The notes beneath the pieces are model-generated. The model ran no database searches. It worked only from the letters and a program-made list of their open reading frames with translations, and was not told where the DNA came from. Below are positions 61,901 through 64,000 of a stretch of DNA of 64,000 bases, in pieces. Each line of letters starts with the position of its first letter. The first letter of the stretch is position 1. The translations under genes and the position numbers were made by a program. This DNA is from the human T2T-CHM13v2.0 reference genome, Homo sapiens. Where the stretch lies: assembly GCF_009914755.1 (NCBI RefSeq), contig NC_060930.1; one strand, given 5' to 3'.

Positions 61901-62324
61901 TAGTGCGTTCACATCTGTTATCTAGGAAAACAATAAACACAGCTCTGGCTACATGAGGCAAGTATTTCCAACTGCACTGTGTTCTTTGGCTCACAACATT
62001 GTTCTCCATCTGTTTTATTTGTCTATACTACAAAAGGAATATGAAAGATAAGGTGGGAACTTGTCCGGGTGAGGCCAGTAACCACCCAAAGAAGGCCTTT
62101 GTCTAGAAGCCTCCTTTTAATATGATAGAAAAAAAGGATTTGAAACAAAGATTTAATGAAAGAAAGAAAAGAAGGAAAAAAGAAGTAGTATCTCAGCTAA
62201 GACAAAACATCACTCAGATGAAACAATTACTTTGATCTCAATACATTTGGGTTTTCCTTCTGTTGTTAATCATAGCTCTTGAACATTATCCATTTCATTC
62301 TAATGAATTATTTAACATTCCATT

Positions 62325-62720
62325 CCTTCAACATACATGCATTGAGAGATAGTATAAATAAAATACATGTTATATCTTCTGGATATAACATGGTCCCAAG
62401 GGGCTTCCAGTCTAGTGGGAAAGCTAGATCATTAATGCAAAAAAAAATTATGTAATCCATGTTACCAGCACAATACGCACATAGTGATGGGAAGCACAGA
62501 ATAAGGAGGGGCATTTAAACCAGGCTGGCTCATCAGGAAACCTCCCTGGAGGAGACAAAGCCTGAGCTGACATTGAAGGAAGTCCAGGGGTTAAGCAATT
62601 AAATCAGAAGAGGGGAATGGAAAGAAGAGTTTAAGGCATGAGAACCATATGAGGTAAGGTATATAGAGTAAGGGTCTTTCAAGAAAATCCAGGTATGATT
62701 AGCGGTAGAGAGTAGCAGGA
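62325..62720 (-). mobile_element. L2 relic
   Basis: TTCAACATACATGCATTGAG...GGGGCTTCCAGTCTAGTGGG...TCAGGAAACCTCCCTGGAGGAG...CCTGAGCTGA. Confidence 0.7.
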
Positions 62721-62855
62721 TTTAAGTCTGAAGACACAGTGTAGAACCCAGACAGGAAGTATTCCATCCACCATGCTATGGAGACATTCTTGACTGTGAC
62801 TTCTGCAGGGAGCCACTGAAGTGTCTAGACTGGGTTCAGTCAAAATCAAATTTGC

Positions 62856-63138
62856 GCCGGGCACGGTGGCTCATGCCTGTAATCCCAGCACTTTGGGAGG
62901 CCGAGGCGGGCGGATCATGAGGTCAGGAGATCGAGACCATCCTGGCTAACACGGTGAAACGCCGTCTCTACTAAAAATACAAAAAATGAGCCGGGCATGG
63001 TGGCGGGCGCCTGTCGTCCCAGCTACTGGGGAGGCTGAGGCAGGAGAATGGGGTGAGCTTGCAGTGAGCAGAGATTGCACCACTGCACTCCAGCCTGGGC
63101 GACAGAGCGAGACTCTGTCTCAAAAAAAAAAAAAAAAA
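62856..63138 (+). mobile_element. AluY SINE with a short right-arm deletion
   Basis: GAGATCGAGACCATCCTGGCTAACACGG; TSD AAAATCAAATTTGC. Confidence 0.96.
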
Positions 63139-63148
63139 TCAAATTTGC

Positions 63149-63449
63149 TTTTTTTTTTTTTTTTTTTGAGATGGAGTTTTGCTCTTCTTGCCCAGGCTGG
63201 AGTGCAGTGGCGTGACCTCGGCTCACCGCAACCTCTGCCTTCTGGGTTCAAGCGATTCTTCTGCCGCAGCCTTCCAACTAGTTGGGACTACAGGCATGCA
63301 CCATCATGCCTGGCTAATTTTGTATTTTCAGTAGAGACGGGGTTTCTCCATGTAGGTCAGGCTGGTCTTGAACTCCCAACATCAGTTGATTCGCCCACCT
63401 TGGCCTCCCGAGGTGCTGGGTTTATGGGCATGAGCCACCACGCTTGGCC
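63149..63449 (-). mobile_element. AluSp-like SINE
   Basis: GGCTCACCGCAACCTC, GGGTTTCTCCATG; TSD CAAATTTGC. Confidence 0.95.
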
Positions 63450-63499
63450 CAAATTTGCATTTTTTAAACTTTATTTTAGCTGCATTGTAGGGGGTTATT

Positions 63500-63806
<307 letters not shown>

Positions 63807-64000
63807 TGTAGGGGCTTATTTAACCAGACCAGGAAAATGGTGGCAATGATCCAGTCAATGAATAATGAGACCATGAGAATTGGTATATCATGACATTTAG
63901 AACATTTTGGAAAGTTGAATCAGCAGCACTTTGTGAACACTTCGTGAGACTCAATGAGTTCAGCAGTAGTTAGAGAAGAGCCTAGGATGACTCCAACTAG

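Overview
Primate (human-like) non-coding DNA, intronic or intergenic. It carries about 55 Alu/FLAM/FRAM copies (roughly a fifth to a quarter of the window), an internally deleted L1MA-type LINE, short L1 3' ends, L2 and MIR relics, solo MaLR/ERVL/ERV1 LTRs, and Tigger3, MER5A and MER45A DNA-transposon relics. I cannot support any protein-coding gene, RNA gene, CpG island or CRISPR array, and I cannot name the locus. The long ORFs in the track are Alu, L1, L2 or microsatellite translations, or unsupported chance frames. I found no new gene system. The most unusual signal is four locally templated insertion or duplication scars. (1) A 209-bp inverted copy with 3 differences (54344-54552 from 56652-56861). 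(2) A 31-bp piece of the adjacent donor sequence inserted inside an Alu (55378-55408). (3) A 47-bp copy flanked by a 12-bp direct repeat (22420-22490). (4) A patchwork snap-back insertion (28379-28494). There is also a tail-to-tail Alu pair only 10 bp apart that shares a triplicated target site. Repeat subfamily calls come from recalled consensus sequences, and boundaries of old repeats are approximate.
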